A DNA stretch of 63,653 nt, counting the filler, from Perkinsus olseni (lineage: Eukaryota): assembly GCA_013115125.1 (NCBI GenBank). It is 44 parts of 44 records of this genome, joined end to end, with 100 filler letters (N's around TTAATTAATTAA, not from the genome) between each part and the next. Parts side by side here need not be neighbours in the genome. Positions count along the whole stretch, not along the records: positions 49,573 to 50,895 come from JABANN010001949.1; positions 50,996 to 52,317 come from JABANN010001950.1; positions 52,418 to 53,739 come from JABANN010001951.1; positions 53,840 to 55,160 come from JABANN010001952.1; positions 55,261 to 56,581 come from JABANN010001953.1; positions 56,682 to 58,001 come from JABANN010001954.1; positions 58,102 to 59,420 come from JABANN010001955.1; positions 59,521 to 60,837 come from JABANN010001956.1; 36 more parts are not named here. One strand, given 5' to 3'. The position numbers and the translations under genes were made by a program. Below the pieces are notes generated by a model that was not told the origin of the DNA, ran no database searches, and worked only from the letters and a program-made list of their open reading frames with translations. Of the stretch, positions 49,573 through 62,414 are shown one piece after another. Positions within the stretch are counted from its first letter, which is position 1. Every line of letters begins with the position of its first letter.

Positions 49573-50895
49573 TCGGCGACTGTCTATGATCGTCGTTTCG
49601 AGGCCTTGGAGACCAGCTGCCTGCGGTCTCATTCTTGGCGATTGAGGTTGATCTTTCAGTGCTCTAATTTCCCGTAAAGTTATCCCTGAGTCGATAACGG
49701 GTTAGAATAGGAATGAGTTTCCAAAATTCACACGAACGTATCTTACCTATCTCGGGCGTGATCCTTACGAACTGCTCGTAAAATGCATCCCTGTGCATGT
49801 GGTACAGAAAGGCTAAGCTGCACTCGTGCAAGGCAGCGTGCGTACCTGGACAGTTCATGCTGCTCCTGGCGGATTCTTGCGCTTGGTCGCGGGTACCGAC
49901 TCGGTACTACCGAGCCTCAAGAGCCTTCTGATTAGAGTGTTTGACTTCTGCGACCATACTATGATAACGACTCTGCGCAATCGCGAGCCTTGTTCATTCC
50001 CTGAGACCAACTAAGAATAGTCTAAGCGCAGCTTCGTGTCCTGGACTCTTCTCTTCCTCGAGTGCGCTGATCAGGCGGCTCCATTTGACAGGCGCAGTAT
50101 AGCAAAAGTGCAGGCCACGATTGTCCAAAGAGAATCTGCGACGACAGCTACAATGATTGATGTAATTATTCCACAGCCATGAGCAACCCGAGGCGAAATG
50201 ATACCACCATCGATCCACGGTGATAGGATATGCCGCGTGTCCGACACTCACATGCTGCGCTTGGTTTCGAGAATTAAGCTATGCGCGAGGCTCGAGTATC
50301 CCCACTGGGACCCGCGGGCTATGCGTCGGATCATCTCGTATAACAGATACGCGCAGTCACTTTTGCTATACTGCGCCTGTCAAATGGAGCCGCCTGATCA
50401 GCGCACTCGAGGAAGAGAAGAGTCCAGGACACGAAGCTGCGCTTAGACTATTCTTAGTTGGTCTCAGGGAATGAACAAGGCTCGCGATTGCGCAGAGTCG
50501 TTATCATAGTATGGTCGCAGAAGTCGAACACTCTAATCAGAAGGCTCTTGAGGCTCGGTAGTACCGAGTCGGTACCCGCGACCAAGCGCAAGAATCCGCC
50601 AGGAGCAGCATGAACTGTCCAGGTACGCACGCTGCCTTGCACGAGTGCAGCTTAGCCTTTCTGTACCACATGCACAGGGATGCATTTTACGAGCAGTTCG
50701 TAAGGATCACGCCCGAGATAGGTAAGATACGTTCGTGTGAATTTTGGAAACTCATTCCTATTCTAACCCGTTATCGACTCAGGGATAACTTTACGGGAAA
50801 TTAGAGCACTGAAAGATCAACTTCAATCGCCAAGAATGAGACCGCAGGCAGCTGGTCTCCAAGGCCTCGAAACGACGATCATAGACAGTCGCCGA
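49573..50895. repeat. 538-bp inverted repeat (49573-50110 / 50358-50895) with 247-bp spacer, spanning the contig
   Basis: Mirror ORFs in the track; arms differ at two positions that I found. Confidence 0.95.
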
Positions 50896-50995
50896 NNNNN
50901 NNNNNNNNNNNNNNNNNNNNNNNNNNNNNNNNNNNNNNNTTAATTAATTAANNNNNNNNNNNNNNNNNNNNNNNNNNNNNNNNNNNNNNNNNNNN

Positions 50996-51666
50996 ATTAT
51001 CCCCGTAACAATGCCTCGCGTGAGCGGTTCATGGACACTCGCGAGGGCTCGCACGTCCTCAGCGCTCAGGGTTGCAGCTCGCCTCTGCTCAGACACCCCA
51101 GCCTGCACGCTGAGTTTCTCTGCGGCTCTCAAGAATAACTTCACCTTACTGTCCTCGAGACTACTGATAACCTCGCCCCTCTCTTCCCTCGCTAATTGCT
51201 TAGCCACCCGCGTGTACTGATCAATGGTTTCGAACGCATACTTCCCCCGCACGAGACTTATGATGAAGACACACGCAGTTTCGGCCCGGAATGGGATTGG
51301 GTCTCGGCCAGCCAACTTGTTCAACTCGAAATATTTCGAGCGAATGTTATCGTACTTCTTACGTGTACTGTCCGCCCTTGCATGATTTCCAAAATGCACC
51401 AGGTCGCTCTCCGAAAGGTTCGAAGCCGCCTCCCTCGCCACTTTGAACGACCCGCGGCCACGGACACCTGGCGCTCCAGACCTGCTGTTGTTCGTGCCGT
51501 GTGCCACGAGCTGCACCCTGCCGCGTGCGGGTCCACGACCCCCTCCACCGTTGCCTCCAAAGAGAACACCTGCCAGTTCGTCCTGACACTTGGACGATGG
51601 AACGAACATGTGAACAACCGGGAGGGCCTGCTTAGAGCGCCTTCGAACAACCCACCAACGCAGCAA
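50996..51666 (-). mobile_element. N-terminal part of the tyrosine recombinase ORF of the same YR retrotransposon
   Basis: ARADSTRKKY...FIISL..YAFETIDQY core-binding pattern, directly downstream of RNase H. Confidence 0.7.
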
Positions 51667-51728
51667 TTGGCGAATTCAGGAAACATGACATCTAATCTCA
51701 CACTCCTAAGGTAGAAATTGTCAGGAAC

Positions 51729-52317
51729 CTACTCGCTCTGGCATCGGGAACTTCCGCCGTCCGATATCGGCCAGAGATCGTCGAGGATTCCGTCCACATT
51801 GATCTCCCTCATATTCTCCTCATGCCCCAGTAGCTCCCGGAGGGTGGAAAGGTCCGTCCTGGAGATGAGGTCGGCCACGCGGTTAGACACGCCCTCGATA
51901 TGAACAGCCTTCATGAGCTGCGTCGTGAGGCCAGGCCAGAGATACGTCAATCGCCTCATGAGCAAATCCAGTGGTTCTGATTTACCGTGCAGCTTGCTGA
52001 GGGCGCATACCGCAGCGCAATTATCCGATAGGACCAGCACACCACTGCCTTTACGGCAGGAGAGCAAGGCGATCACCGCCGCAAGTAATTCCAGAAAACA
52101 CATATGCCCGGGCTCGGGGCGGCTTCCAACTTCGAACGATGGTATGTACTGCCTAACCAGCAGCTGCACCTTCTCGTTCGACAGGCTGACATGGAACCAC
52201 TCCATAGGCTGACGGTCAGCAGGTGAATTATCCTGACTGACACTACCCGGAGCGACTATCACACCCCCGAGTGCTGATGTCGACGAATCGCACATGACAA
52301 CGGCTCGCCTCAGCCCC
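51729..52317 (-). mobile_element. DIRS/Ngaro RNase H domain
   Basis: CDSS, LELLAA, SDN, HIEGVSNRVADLISR. Confidence 0.85.
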
Positions 52318-52417
52318 NNNNNNNNNNNNNNNNNNNNNNNNNNNNNNNNNNNNNNNNNNNNTTAATTAATTAANNNNNNNNNNNNNNNNNNNNNNNNNNN
52401 NNNNNNNNNNNNNNNNN

Positions 52418-53739
52418 TCCTCGACCCCCGAGCCATCACCGGCCATGGCGACCAACGTCGCATCACCGTCGATGATGCCGTCTCGCTAGAGGGGGAGAGG
52501 AAGAGAGACGAGGAGCTCAACGTCATGGTGGTGGAGATCGGCCCCAGCTCTATCCAAGCCGAGGCCATTCAAGCCGACTCTGACGATGAGGGAGCCAAAT
52601 CGCGGCACATTGCGGATATCCTGACTTGTGGTGACTGCAAGGAGACGGTAAGGTCCCTTCAAGCCGCTGAGTGGTGGATCACTTCCTCGTACTCTCGCAA
52701 TGGCCAAGGCCTCTATGTGACTGGTGACTCTAAGGTTGTTCTTCCTGAGAGCATCGTCGAAGAAGTCATTCTCTTCCATCATGCTACTATCGGCCATGCT
52801 GGGTCCGAGGCCATCATCCACATGGTGGAGCTCTCGTTCTATCATCCTAGGCTGAGACCAATCACTCTGAGCGTTCTCCGACGGTGCAGCTGTGCCAATT
52901 GTACCTCCCGACGGACCACTAAGAGTGCGGGTGGCAAGATGACTCCGGCGAGGCATGTACTGGACTGCGTCTACCTCGACCTGGTGGAACCTCTAGAGCC
53001 CAGCAATCATCCGGTATACAAGAAGCCGTGTAGGTTCATCTTGAGTGCCCTCGACAGTAGCAGTGGTTTCCTTTGGCTGTGGGCTCTACCCTCTTCAACA
53101 ACCCCCACCATAACAGCAGTTCTCGAGCGCGACCTCGTGGACCGGTATGGAAGCCCGTTGAGCTACTACGCCGACAACGGCCCCCAGTTCGTCAGCCGTT
53201 GCTTCCGGCTGTGGGCATGCCGCACTGGAAGCCTGGTGCGATATGCTCCACGGTATAGTCCGTGGCGGAACTCCAGGCTGGAACGACAACATGCTGAGGT
53301 TAAACGCTGCCTACGAGCCTTGACAGGTAACGCTCCTTCTCACTGGTCGGATTTCCTCAGTAAGGCCGAGAAGCGCTGCAATCGTCGTGTTGTCGACATT
53401 TCCAATGGTTCTGCCACGCCATTCTTCCTATTCTTTGGCTGGGATGATGTGGGCCCACTTGCGCGAGAACTCCAACCTCAAGGGAAGCAGCTGCCCAGCG
53501 ACATCCTCAAGGAGGCCACTCGTGTCCACGAAGCCCGCCGTCGCGCCTTGGATAGCCTCCTCGAGCTTCACGACTCCTCTGGTGTTTCGGTCGGTCGTCG
53601 TCGAGGTTGTCAGTTCCGTACGGGTGACCTGGTGATGAAGTACTTCCCCGCCGGTTCTCCCCTACAGGTGCAACCTCCACATTTGGAATCGAAGATCTCC
53701 AGCGAGCACGTTGGGGGAGGGGCCCTGTTGGGCGAGCGA
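52418..53739 (+). mobile_element. LTR integrase (HHCC + rve + GDLV)
   Basis: HHATIGHAG..CSCANC, YLDLV, ADNGPQF, NSRLER, FRTGDLV. Confidence 0.9.
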
Positions 53740-53839
53740 NNNNNNNNNNNNNNNNNNNNNNNNNNNNNNNNNNNNNNNNNNNNTTAATTAATTAANNNNN
53801 NNNNNNNNNNNNNNNNNNNNNNNNNNNNNNNNNNNNNNN

Positions 53840-54862
53840 GCTTCTCTACCCTGGCATGAAGCCTCAAGAAGTATTTCCACCCCTCTCATCATCACTCAAG
53901 TCAGCATGATCTCGCCCTCAGTTCTCAACTGCCTACCATCGGACGACGGGGTTGCCGGCCCTCCCTCCACTCTTCGGTCTGGGGTTCCATCGCAGTCGTT
54001 ACGCCGTCGAGGTGAGCTCGTGTATTTGGGCGGCCCGCAAATTTCTAATAGCAGACGGTGCGCAACATACTTCTGATCATTCATCCCCCTCTTTCAGAGT
54101 CAGCAATATACTGAATATCTGGCTTCCAAGTATACTGATATCGGTTTTCCAGTTGACGTTTTTTGGCTGGGAATTGAGCACACGAACGGGAAGATGTACC
54201 GTCGGCTACTCAGCTCGCGGGTTTCGGGTCTAGGTCTCGTAAGGTACTTCACGTGGAATGAAACGCTCTTCCCGAATCCGAAGAAGATGTCGGATGATAT
54301 CCGAGCCCAAGGGAAGGAGATGGTCACCATCGTAGACCCCCACATCAAGGTCTCTGAGAGGTACATACATGTGCTCCGTCGTCGCTCAAGTTAACCTCTC
54401 GGCGCAGTTACAACGTCTACAGTTCCGGTGTTGAGCATGATGCATTTGTGAAAGAGATTGATCGCACGGAACGTGAGACTATCCTGCCGCTTCTGTGTCG
54501 AACAACCCAATCTTCATCAGGCGTGCCGACGGTCAAGATCTTCCAAGCAGATGCCTCACCTGGGTTGAGTGCATGGCCTGACTTCACCAGCGCTCGAGTC
54601 AGGGAGTGGTGGGGGCCGTGAGTGACGCGTACTCGTCTCATGCAGTAGCACATCACCTGCGTTTCGTAGGTTTTTCAAGCCGGACGGCCGTAACGACAAC
54701 TTCTATGGTTGGAACGACTTGAATGAGCCCAGTGTCCGCAATGTGCCGGAGGTCGAGTGAAAGCGACCAGAGCATCAACTGCTGTACGGTTTCTCTTCAG
54801 AAAACGATGTATCGAGATCTGATTCACTCGGGCGAGATCGAGCACCGAGATCTCCATAACCT
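53840..54862 (+). CDS. GH31 glucosidase II alpha (GANAB)-like, internal multi-exon fragment
   Basis: PPLFGLGFH, DVFWLGIEH, YFTW..FPNP, VTIVDPHIK, PDFTSARVREWW, WNDLNEPSV, EHRDLHNL across short GT-AG introns. Confidence 0.88.
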
Positions 54863-55260
54863 GTAAGCTACGCCTTGTAGTTATCGCACATCCGAGCGAA
54901 TCCCGCGATGCATAGCGTGCTAAAGAACTTCCTGAACAAGCTCAAGGCCTTGCAATACCTCAACGCAGAATCTTTGAGAACGAAATTCGGGTGGAGTCGA
55001 CCGATATCGCCGAGAGCCTTCACCAAAAATGACGCCTTCCCCCGGCGACTGCGGTTTGTTAGAGCTGAAAGTTCTCCGCACGTAGCAGACCCTGTGTATC
55101 ACTAGACTCTTCCCCTTCGAGAACATCAAGACAGGGGGTATTTGCCCCAGTTTACCCGTGNNNNNNNNNNNNNNNNNNNNNNNNNNNNNNNNNNNNNNNN
55201 NNNNTTAATTAATTAANNNNNNNNNNNNNNNNNNNNNNNNNNNNNNNNNNNNNNNNNNNN

Positions 55261-56581
55261 ACAGCATGGTGCTGTCGGGAATTCTCAGAGAGGTAGATCC
55301 CTCTGAGATCCGACACTATATCCCTCCACGGCCAGTCTTTCGTAAAGACTCTACCACAACATCAACAAGGCTGGCTATCGATAGCAGATTGATCAATCAT
55401 CATCTGCAAAAATTGAATATTGGGGAGCAGCACAAATTGCTCGAAGTGCTGACAGCATGGAGAGGCTCTCCCCATTACACTAGCCTTGATTTAAAAAAGG
55501 CCTTTAATTCCGTTGGTATAGGAATACGGTCACAGCCGTGGCTGGGATTGAGGCTTTTCGGCAGGAGTTACGTATGGGCCTTCCTGCCGTTCGGCCTCGT
55601 ATGTTCGCCCGCTATATTGCTTAGGGCGCTGAGAGACCCTATGGAAGTTCTTTGTCTCGCCTTACCGTGCACGCCACTATGTTATGTTGATGATATCGGC
55701 CTTCGAGCCGACACCATCGACGAGTTGCACGAGGCTGAAAGAAGGGCTACTGGAGAACTCGAAAAGAAGGGATTCCGGACTCAGCCCAAGAAAAGAATCT
55801 CTACTGACGGAAGCTGTGATGGAGTGGTCAAGAAGCATCTTGGCTATGTATGGGATGTGGCAGCCGATGAAGTCCGCCAACTTCCACCATCACTTCCGGA
55901 TCTAGAGCAGTGGAGTAAAAGGCAGGTGATCTCAGCCTATGCTAAATTTTTCGATGTTATGGGCCTGTTCCTCGAAGTGGGTATCAGCGCCCGCAGTAAT
56001 GCATCGTTAGTTCATGAAGACCACCGCGACTGGAAGGACATTGTGGGTAGCACTCACGTCCGAGCTTTGAAGGACTGGCATAATGCTATCACGACATTGG
56101 CCCCATCGGTTCCGAGAGCCGTTGATTCGTCGCGTGTGGTGATTTTTTGTGATGCAAGTGGCCTGGCATGGGCGGCCGAGGCCTACTGCGTGAAACTAGG
56201 GGAAGTTGAGGACTCCAATCCCACCGACCGTCTTTATCGATGGCGAGCGGTTGGCGGTATCTTTCCCCGTGATTGCAAATGGTCTACTCCCAAGAGGGAA
56301 CTATTTGCTCTTCGACAGGCTACTCGGTTGGGCGAGGAGCTGATTGGTTGCGCCAAGGTTCATCGTCATCCTCTGGTGACGAAGCCCGACATTACCTATT
56401 TGTCGGATGCAGCCATCAACATCTTCCGTCTTCGCCGCATCGGAAAGTCCAAGTCTGGCACTGATGCGGTCGATGTTTCTCGTTTGGAGAAGAAGTGGCT
56501 AAGTGAGATCTCCACACACTGCAACCAGTATGGGTTCGATGTGATCCATGTGCGAACTAAAGATAATCTCGCCGATGCAGC
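55261..56581 (+). mobile_element. BEL/Pao-like RT + RNase H
   Basis: PVFRKDSTTT, LDLKKAF, LPFGLVCSP, YVDD, AKFFDVMG, FCDAS, TPKRELFA, NLAD. Confidence 0.9.
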
Positions 56582-56878
56582 NNNNNNNNNNNNNNNNNNN
56601 NNNNNNNNNNNNNNNNNNNNNNNNNTTAATTAATTAANNNNNNNNNNNNNNNNNNNNNNNNNNNNNNNNNNNNNNNNNNNNATACGTTTGGTTGCTTCTG
56701 AGTTGCAGTACATCTTTTGGGTCGGGTTCACTACGCGAGTAATCCTGACAAACTTCCGCACTGATTGTGCACTTGAATTCTCGCTAGTTTATCCGAGCGA
56801 TTTTTTTATTTTATGGCGAGAGCTTTTGATAGAGCACAAATTCAGCATTCCAGAAATTGTTGCTACCTTTGAATTCTT

Positions 56879-57678
56879 ATGGTTGCCATCGTTCGCTTTT
56901 CCTCCCTTGTGGGGCTTGCCTCGGCCATTGCTCTGCAGAGCGGGGGGCAGGTGTCGGGTAAGAATCAGGTTGGCTCCGATGAGGTCGATGAGGCTCGGGA
57001 TAAGCTTGAGAAGGAATTCGAGAAGGAATCTCATAAGGTTTTACAGTTACGTAGCTCTTCGGTGTCAGTGTTCTCCTTTCAGATATATTTGGTGGTCCAG
57101 GACCCTCAAGGCAAAATGCTCCAAGTAAGTCCTGGTGACGTAGCCAGAATGTTCACCTCGACTTTCAGATTAGACAGTATAACATGGAGAGGATATGTGT
57201 TTTCGATTATGAACATGGAGGTGCCGAGGGGATGACAATGCACTTCGGCCCGGAGCTTACTGGCGCGATGGACTTCCATACGAGGCCCAGCTTTTTCATC
57301 AGGTTGGTTTCCTTTCCCAAATTTGACGGGTGTGGGGCACACGCTTCGGCCTTTCAGGAATTACACCGATGGTCTGACCATCATGGTCAAGCAAAGATCG
57401 ACTACCTAACAGACGTCTCCCATGTGGCTGAGGGCCCCAGTCGAGTCATCGAGGATATGTTTCGTGACGTTAACCCCTTCGCTCACCTTAAAGATACCAT
57501 AAAGAATCACCTCAGCCCCAAACCCCGTTGTGCTTCTCTGTTGTATGAAATTATGTCTCATCCCCCACCCGGTGGCTACCCGAAGGGCTCAGAAGGCTTC
57601 AGAATGTTTATGGAAGATAAGCACAAGAAGGGAATTCAGAAGATTGAGCAGTGGAATAAAAGAAAGGCTCACGTTTAG
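56879..57678 (+). CDS. Putative secreted protein; intron 57125-57168 (and probably 57038-57082)
   Basis: Signal-peptide-like start; a 44-nt GTAAGT...TTTCAG intron joins ORFs 56879 and 57184 in frame. Confidence 0.75.
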
Positions 57679-58148
57679 AAACCATGTTTGCACGTGCTCA
57701 CATACGCTGCCGCTGTTGCTGTTATGCTCGGAGACCTCCGTTAACAGAGGTTCTGTCGTGTTCAGCTTGGATTCGTAATACCCGCGAACCCGAGGGCAAC
57801 CCACGCCGTCACTGCGCCGTATCGTGCGAGAATTTTGACGGCAGTTGATAGGAAACTCACCAGGAAACACCACGTATGTAGTTCAAACTTCCGCGTTGAA
57901 TAGCAGAGTTCATATCAACCCTCAGCCCCGCAAGGGGCTGGGGAGCCCCACGGACGGCGGTATCCATAACTCAATTCAACAGAGATTTTGCATCGAATGT
58001 CNNNNNNNNNNNNNNNNNNNNNNNNNNNNNNNNNNNNNNNNNNNNTTAATTAATTAANNNNNNNNNNNNNNNNNNNNNNNNNNNNNNNNNNNNNNNNNNN
58101 NGTCGGTGTGGTAGTAGTTTGAGTTAAGTCTCGTTGCTGTTGTCAGTT

Positions 58149-59160
58149 TCACGTGGAGCATAAGTACTGTGATGGATTATCTTGCTCATTCAGGAACATA
58201 TCCAAATGTCGAACCATAGTCATAGTGTCTCGGACATGAGAATAAGTAGTTTTAGCAATAGTTCTGAGCTCGTTGTGGAGAGCATTATCGAAGCTGAGGA
58301 TTGGTATACACCAATCCACAAGTACCTGAGAAGCAATAGAGTGGAGTCGTTGTAATACTGAGAAGACAGTTTCTTTTAGTTGTTCGTCAATTGCTGCCAT
58401 ATGTCTATTCAAGAGATGATGCCCATCGGAGCGTTTGTAGTACTGCTTAACATGCTTTAATAGATACTTCATCATAACCTCATAGTCATGCATCCCTTCT
58501 TCATCTTGACATAATAATCTCACTGCTGCGGACATGTTAGCCCTTGGCGTGGACTCGAATGCATCTAAGATGAACGACTCGGCCAGTAGTTGTCCTGTAG
58601 AGTATGAGGTAGATCGCTCATCATCCAAGCCGATATACTTCTTGTTATCGGGGATGCGAACCTTTGCTATAGCTGAGAGAGTAAAAGGAGCATCATATGT
58701 AGATGCATGTGAAGACGCGACTTCTTGTTGGCAAGTAGTAGATGAAATAATACGATCAGCTTTCACCATATATTCTTAAGGGTTGAAAGACGCGCCCACA
58801 ACGTTATTGTTGTCAACAGATCTTTTTCCTTTTGTGACATCTTGAACAACTTGATCTGCGATCTCAGCTAGTTAACGAGGTTCGGTATAAATAGGTAACC
58901 CAAACGCTTCAGCGAGGGCCTCGAGATCAGAAGCCGAAGGATTCTCCATTATGTTTAACACAACATAGGGTGCTGGGAGGATCCTTGTTCTTCTTTTTGT
59001 GCATGTGTACACCAGCACGCGGACGCACTCTGTCTCAATAGTATCCGGACATAGATACTTGCTGGGAAGGTCCTCAAGCTTCCCTGTGTAGCTTTTACGA
59101 TCTCCTCCTCGGGGTCTTCGAGCCCTCAAGGACGGTGGAGATACTGTTCTAGCCCTTCCG
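58149..59160 (-). pseudogene. Interrupted gag-like ORF
   Basis: ORFs 58872-59129 and 58149-58769 share a frame across two stops; EQLKETVFSVLQRLHSIA resembles the gag Q..E.V...RL..LA motif. Confidence 0.45.
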
Positions 59161-59567
59161 AGAATCTAGTGATGGTCATTTGGGAAGAACGCAAAGCCCC
59201 TTTGGTAGGGTTAGAATAACTAACTTATTATTACAATAGGAACAACGGGATAAGGGAGACAAGGCTTTGTGTCAGCTACGAGGAGACATCGAGATCACAA
59301 CGTCGCACAATAATACCATCCTGAATATTTTGGCATTCCGGACCCTCTACACCATTTCCAGACCTACTTAGTAAAACCCCAGCCCAAATTAGTAAAACCC
59401 CAGAGCAATTTAATAAAGCCNNNNNNNNNNNNNNNNNNNNNNNNNNNNNNNNNNNNNNNNNNNNTTAATTAATTAANNNNNNNNNNNNNNNNNNNNNNNN
59501 NNNNNNNNNNNNNNNNNNNNGGAAACTGTACGGATCAGGCTTGTACGAATGTAATTTCTACGAGTTG

Positions 59568-59930
59568 TCACTGTACTGAACGATCCTCACCGCAAAATGC
59601 CCCCCCCATCGGCCTCGGCCATCGGAGGCCCTCCGCAATGGTGCAGTGATCCGATGCCTTGAAGTGTAGCTTCACCCATTCGTTTGAGGATAAGTATATG
59701 GCGATGCCGACGCCCGCAGACTTACCGAGAAGCAGCGCTCCATCTGTGAAGTGACCCATCTGTGAACTCCATCTGTGATGGAGTTGCTCGCGTTGCAAGC
59801 GGCTGTGGAACGTAGGGAGGGGGAATACATCGGGGCCATTGCATATCTGTATGGCATTGAGGGCGTTGTGTCCCAAAAGAACACAAATGGTGAAGTCCTG
59901 ACAAATGTGTACGTTGTCCCTTTTCCCTCA
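59568..59930 (-). pseudogene. Degenerate non-LTR RNase H remnant
   Basis: FTDGS/FTDG..SAGVGIAIY..HCTIAE split across frames. Confidence 0.45.
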
Positions 59931-62346
59931 TTCTGATGTCCGTGGGACACTATGTGGGTGGCGTCTTTGGCTATCCGGAGGGTGTAAGTATATGGAGGCC
60001 ACTCTAATGCCTCGTGTCTTAATCACGTGTATCAATCACGCTCGACTCGAGCCTATGTTATTTCTGCATAGGATGCAGGTCGAGCCTGATACGCACCCGT
60101 GGTATGTATAGCCGCTACATTTCTGCAGGTTAATTGGGATTTCTTAAAGACATACATACATACTTTATAGGAAGAGAGGCGCCAGAAATGTGGTATCCAG
60201 CTTAGCATCACTACAATGAAGATGCACCCGGTAATCCCATATAGTAGGATATAACCGCGATATAGTTGTAACTTACAACTTGTAAGCTACGGTATACCAA
60301 GATGCCATCTTGAAGATGGGATGATCTTGATAAAATTGTCAACAGTGACAGTCGAGTCTATCTCAATGTAGGTGTTTTCTATCCACAACTCGGTTTTCGT
60401 ATGATGCGTTATGTCTGGCCAACCAACTTGCTAGGCTTCCCTTCTATCGGTGTTCCAGTGAGACGTGACGCTCAATGAGCGTCGCTCATGGCATGCCGAT
60501 CGGCTTCTAGGTGAGGTATGGTTTGGTGGCTCACTGCTCCAAGTTGGAGCCTCCAACGTGTGCACGACCGAATCAGATCAATTGCCCGCATCGGAAAGAT
60601 GATGGCTGTTTGTATCTCGCCATGGTCCATGGGCCCCATGGAAGTGAAAAAGATTACCATAGAGAACCGCAGAAGACCTAGCAGATACTCGAGGGACCTG
60701 ACAGTTCCAGCCCGTACAGTGGGAGTTCCTACAGTGTCTTTCAGTACAGTATCCACAGATGCAGTGACAAGTCGTACAGTATCCAGTGATACACTGACAG
60801 CTGGTACAGTCTCCCGTGGTACAAGCCTCACTCGTACNNNNNNNNNNNNNNNNNNNNNNNNNNNNNNNNNNNNNNNNNNNNTTAATTAATTAANNNNNNN
60901 NNNNNNNNNNNNNNNNNNNNNNNNNNNNNNNNNNNNNCGAACAGATTTAACCTAGTTTACTGTACTGGAAGAACCGCGACTTCACTCACACCCAGACAAA
61001 CTTGATTGTCGTATGAGATCACATCAATGCATGCTGACCATTGATAGCTCAGCCTAGCTTTGAAATTTATATCACAGAGGAAAGCACATCCAAGCTTGGG
61101 GACAGGATTGTGTGTCGGGGTGTCGAAGGATACACTCCCATCATAAACCTGCGAGTCATATCAAACGAAGAAGATTCCCCTTGCGTGCTCCTTCAGTATT
61201 TGCCCGGTGGGTTCCGTCAGGACCGCGCACCTGGGACACCGGCCGCGTGAAACCGATTCCAACATCGTCCGGTTGCTGCGGCTCATGAGGCGCTGCTCCG
61301 TGTCGGACGACCTCACCGGCGCTACTGTCGCGCAAGAAGGATTCCAACCATGCTGGTGCCTATCCGCCACTCTAACAAGCTGAGCGTGATGTAGAAGCGT
61401 ACTGGGAAGTCACAGTACGTAATTCGTTGCCGTGGTGATGAAGATAGTATACCTCAGTCTTCGCGTTGCAATGTTACTTTCGGTCTGCCGCACGCTGCGA
61501 CTCGAATCGACAAGTAAGCGTATCGGAGTCACTGAAGAACTCCTTAACAGCACACGGCTCAGCGAGGAGTAAAATCGATTGTTCTTAACAGTATCCGAGC
61601 CTTCGTTACTCTCGGTAGCGAGATGGGCCTCGGTGAAACCAATTTTTCGAACAAGCCTCGTGATAACTCTGAGTCGAACAAGTCGGCCCAGATTGATTTA
61701 CCGAGGGATGCCTAATCTACCTTTTCGGTTTCTGGAGCTGGGCTCATGCTGGTCTGCGACGTGGGCACATTTCAACTGCTGGTGAGCAATTACTCAGGCC
61801 AAAACCGGCTCCTCAGTGGAAAATCGACAACACACAGGCCGTCCGGCCAAGAGATGAAGAATAAAGTGACTGCTCAGGCAGGCTGACGTCGGAAAGCTGG
61901 ATACACTCGTTGAGCTTCAGGCCCATGTTTGTCAATTCTTCGAAGGAATGGGGCCTCATTGCTCTCAGCACCATCAAGACTTCTTATTCACGACGTTCAC
62001 TATGATCAACTTCTGAAGACACTTTCACAATCAGCGGTTCCCCCACACCGAGACGATTCCCATCATTCCATCACATTGAACAGAGATGAATGGAATTCAC
62101 CATGTGGAGTCCGCCTCAAGATGAACCCGTGTATCTCGAACTAAGAGATTTTTAACAAAACACAAATCTTGTGTAGTCAGAATAATCGAGTTTACAGACG
62201 CTGTACAAACGAGATTATCGTCAGTCACTGATATTAACGGTGAGGANNNNNNNNNNNNNNNNNNNNNNNNNNNNNNNNNNNNNNNNNNNNTTAATTAATT
62301 AANNNNNNNNNNNNNNNNNNNNNNNNNNNNNNNNNNNNNNNNNNNN

Positions 62347-62414
<68 letters not shown>

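Noticed and set aside
51729-53739. YR element and integrase forming one composite element
   Set aside because: They lie on different contigs separated by a linker
57184-57235. Programmed frameshift between overlapping ORFs
   Set aside because: Explained by a canonical 44-nt intron
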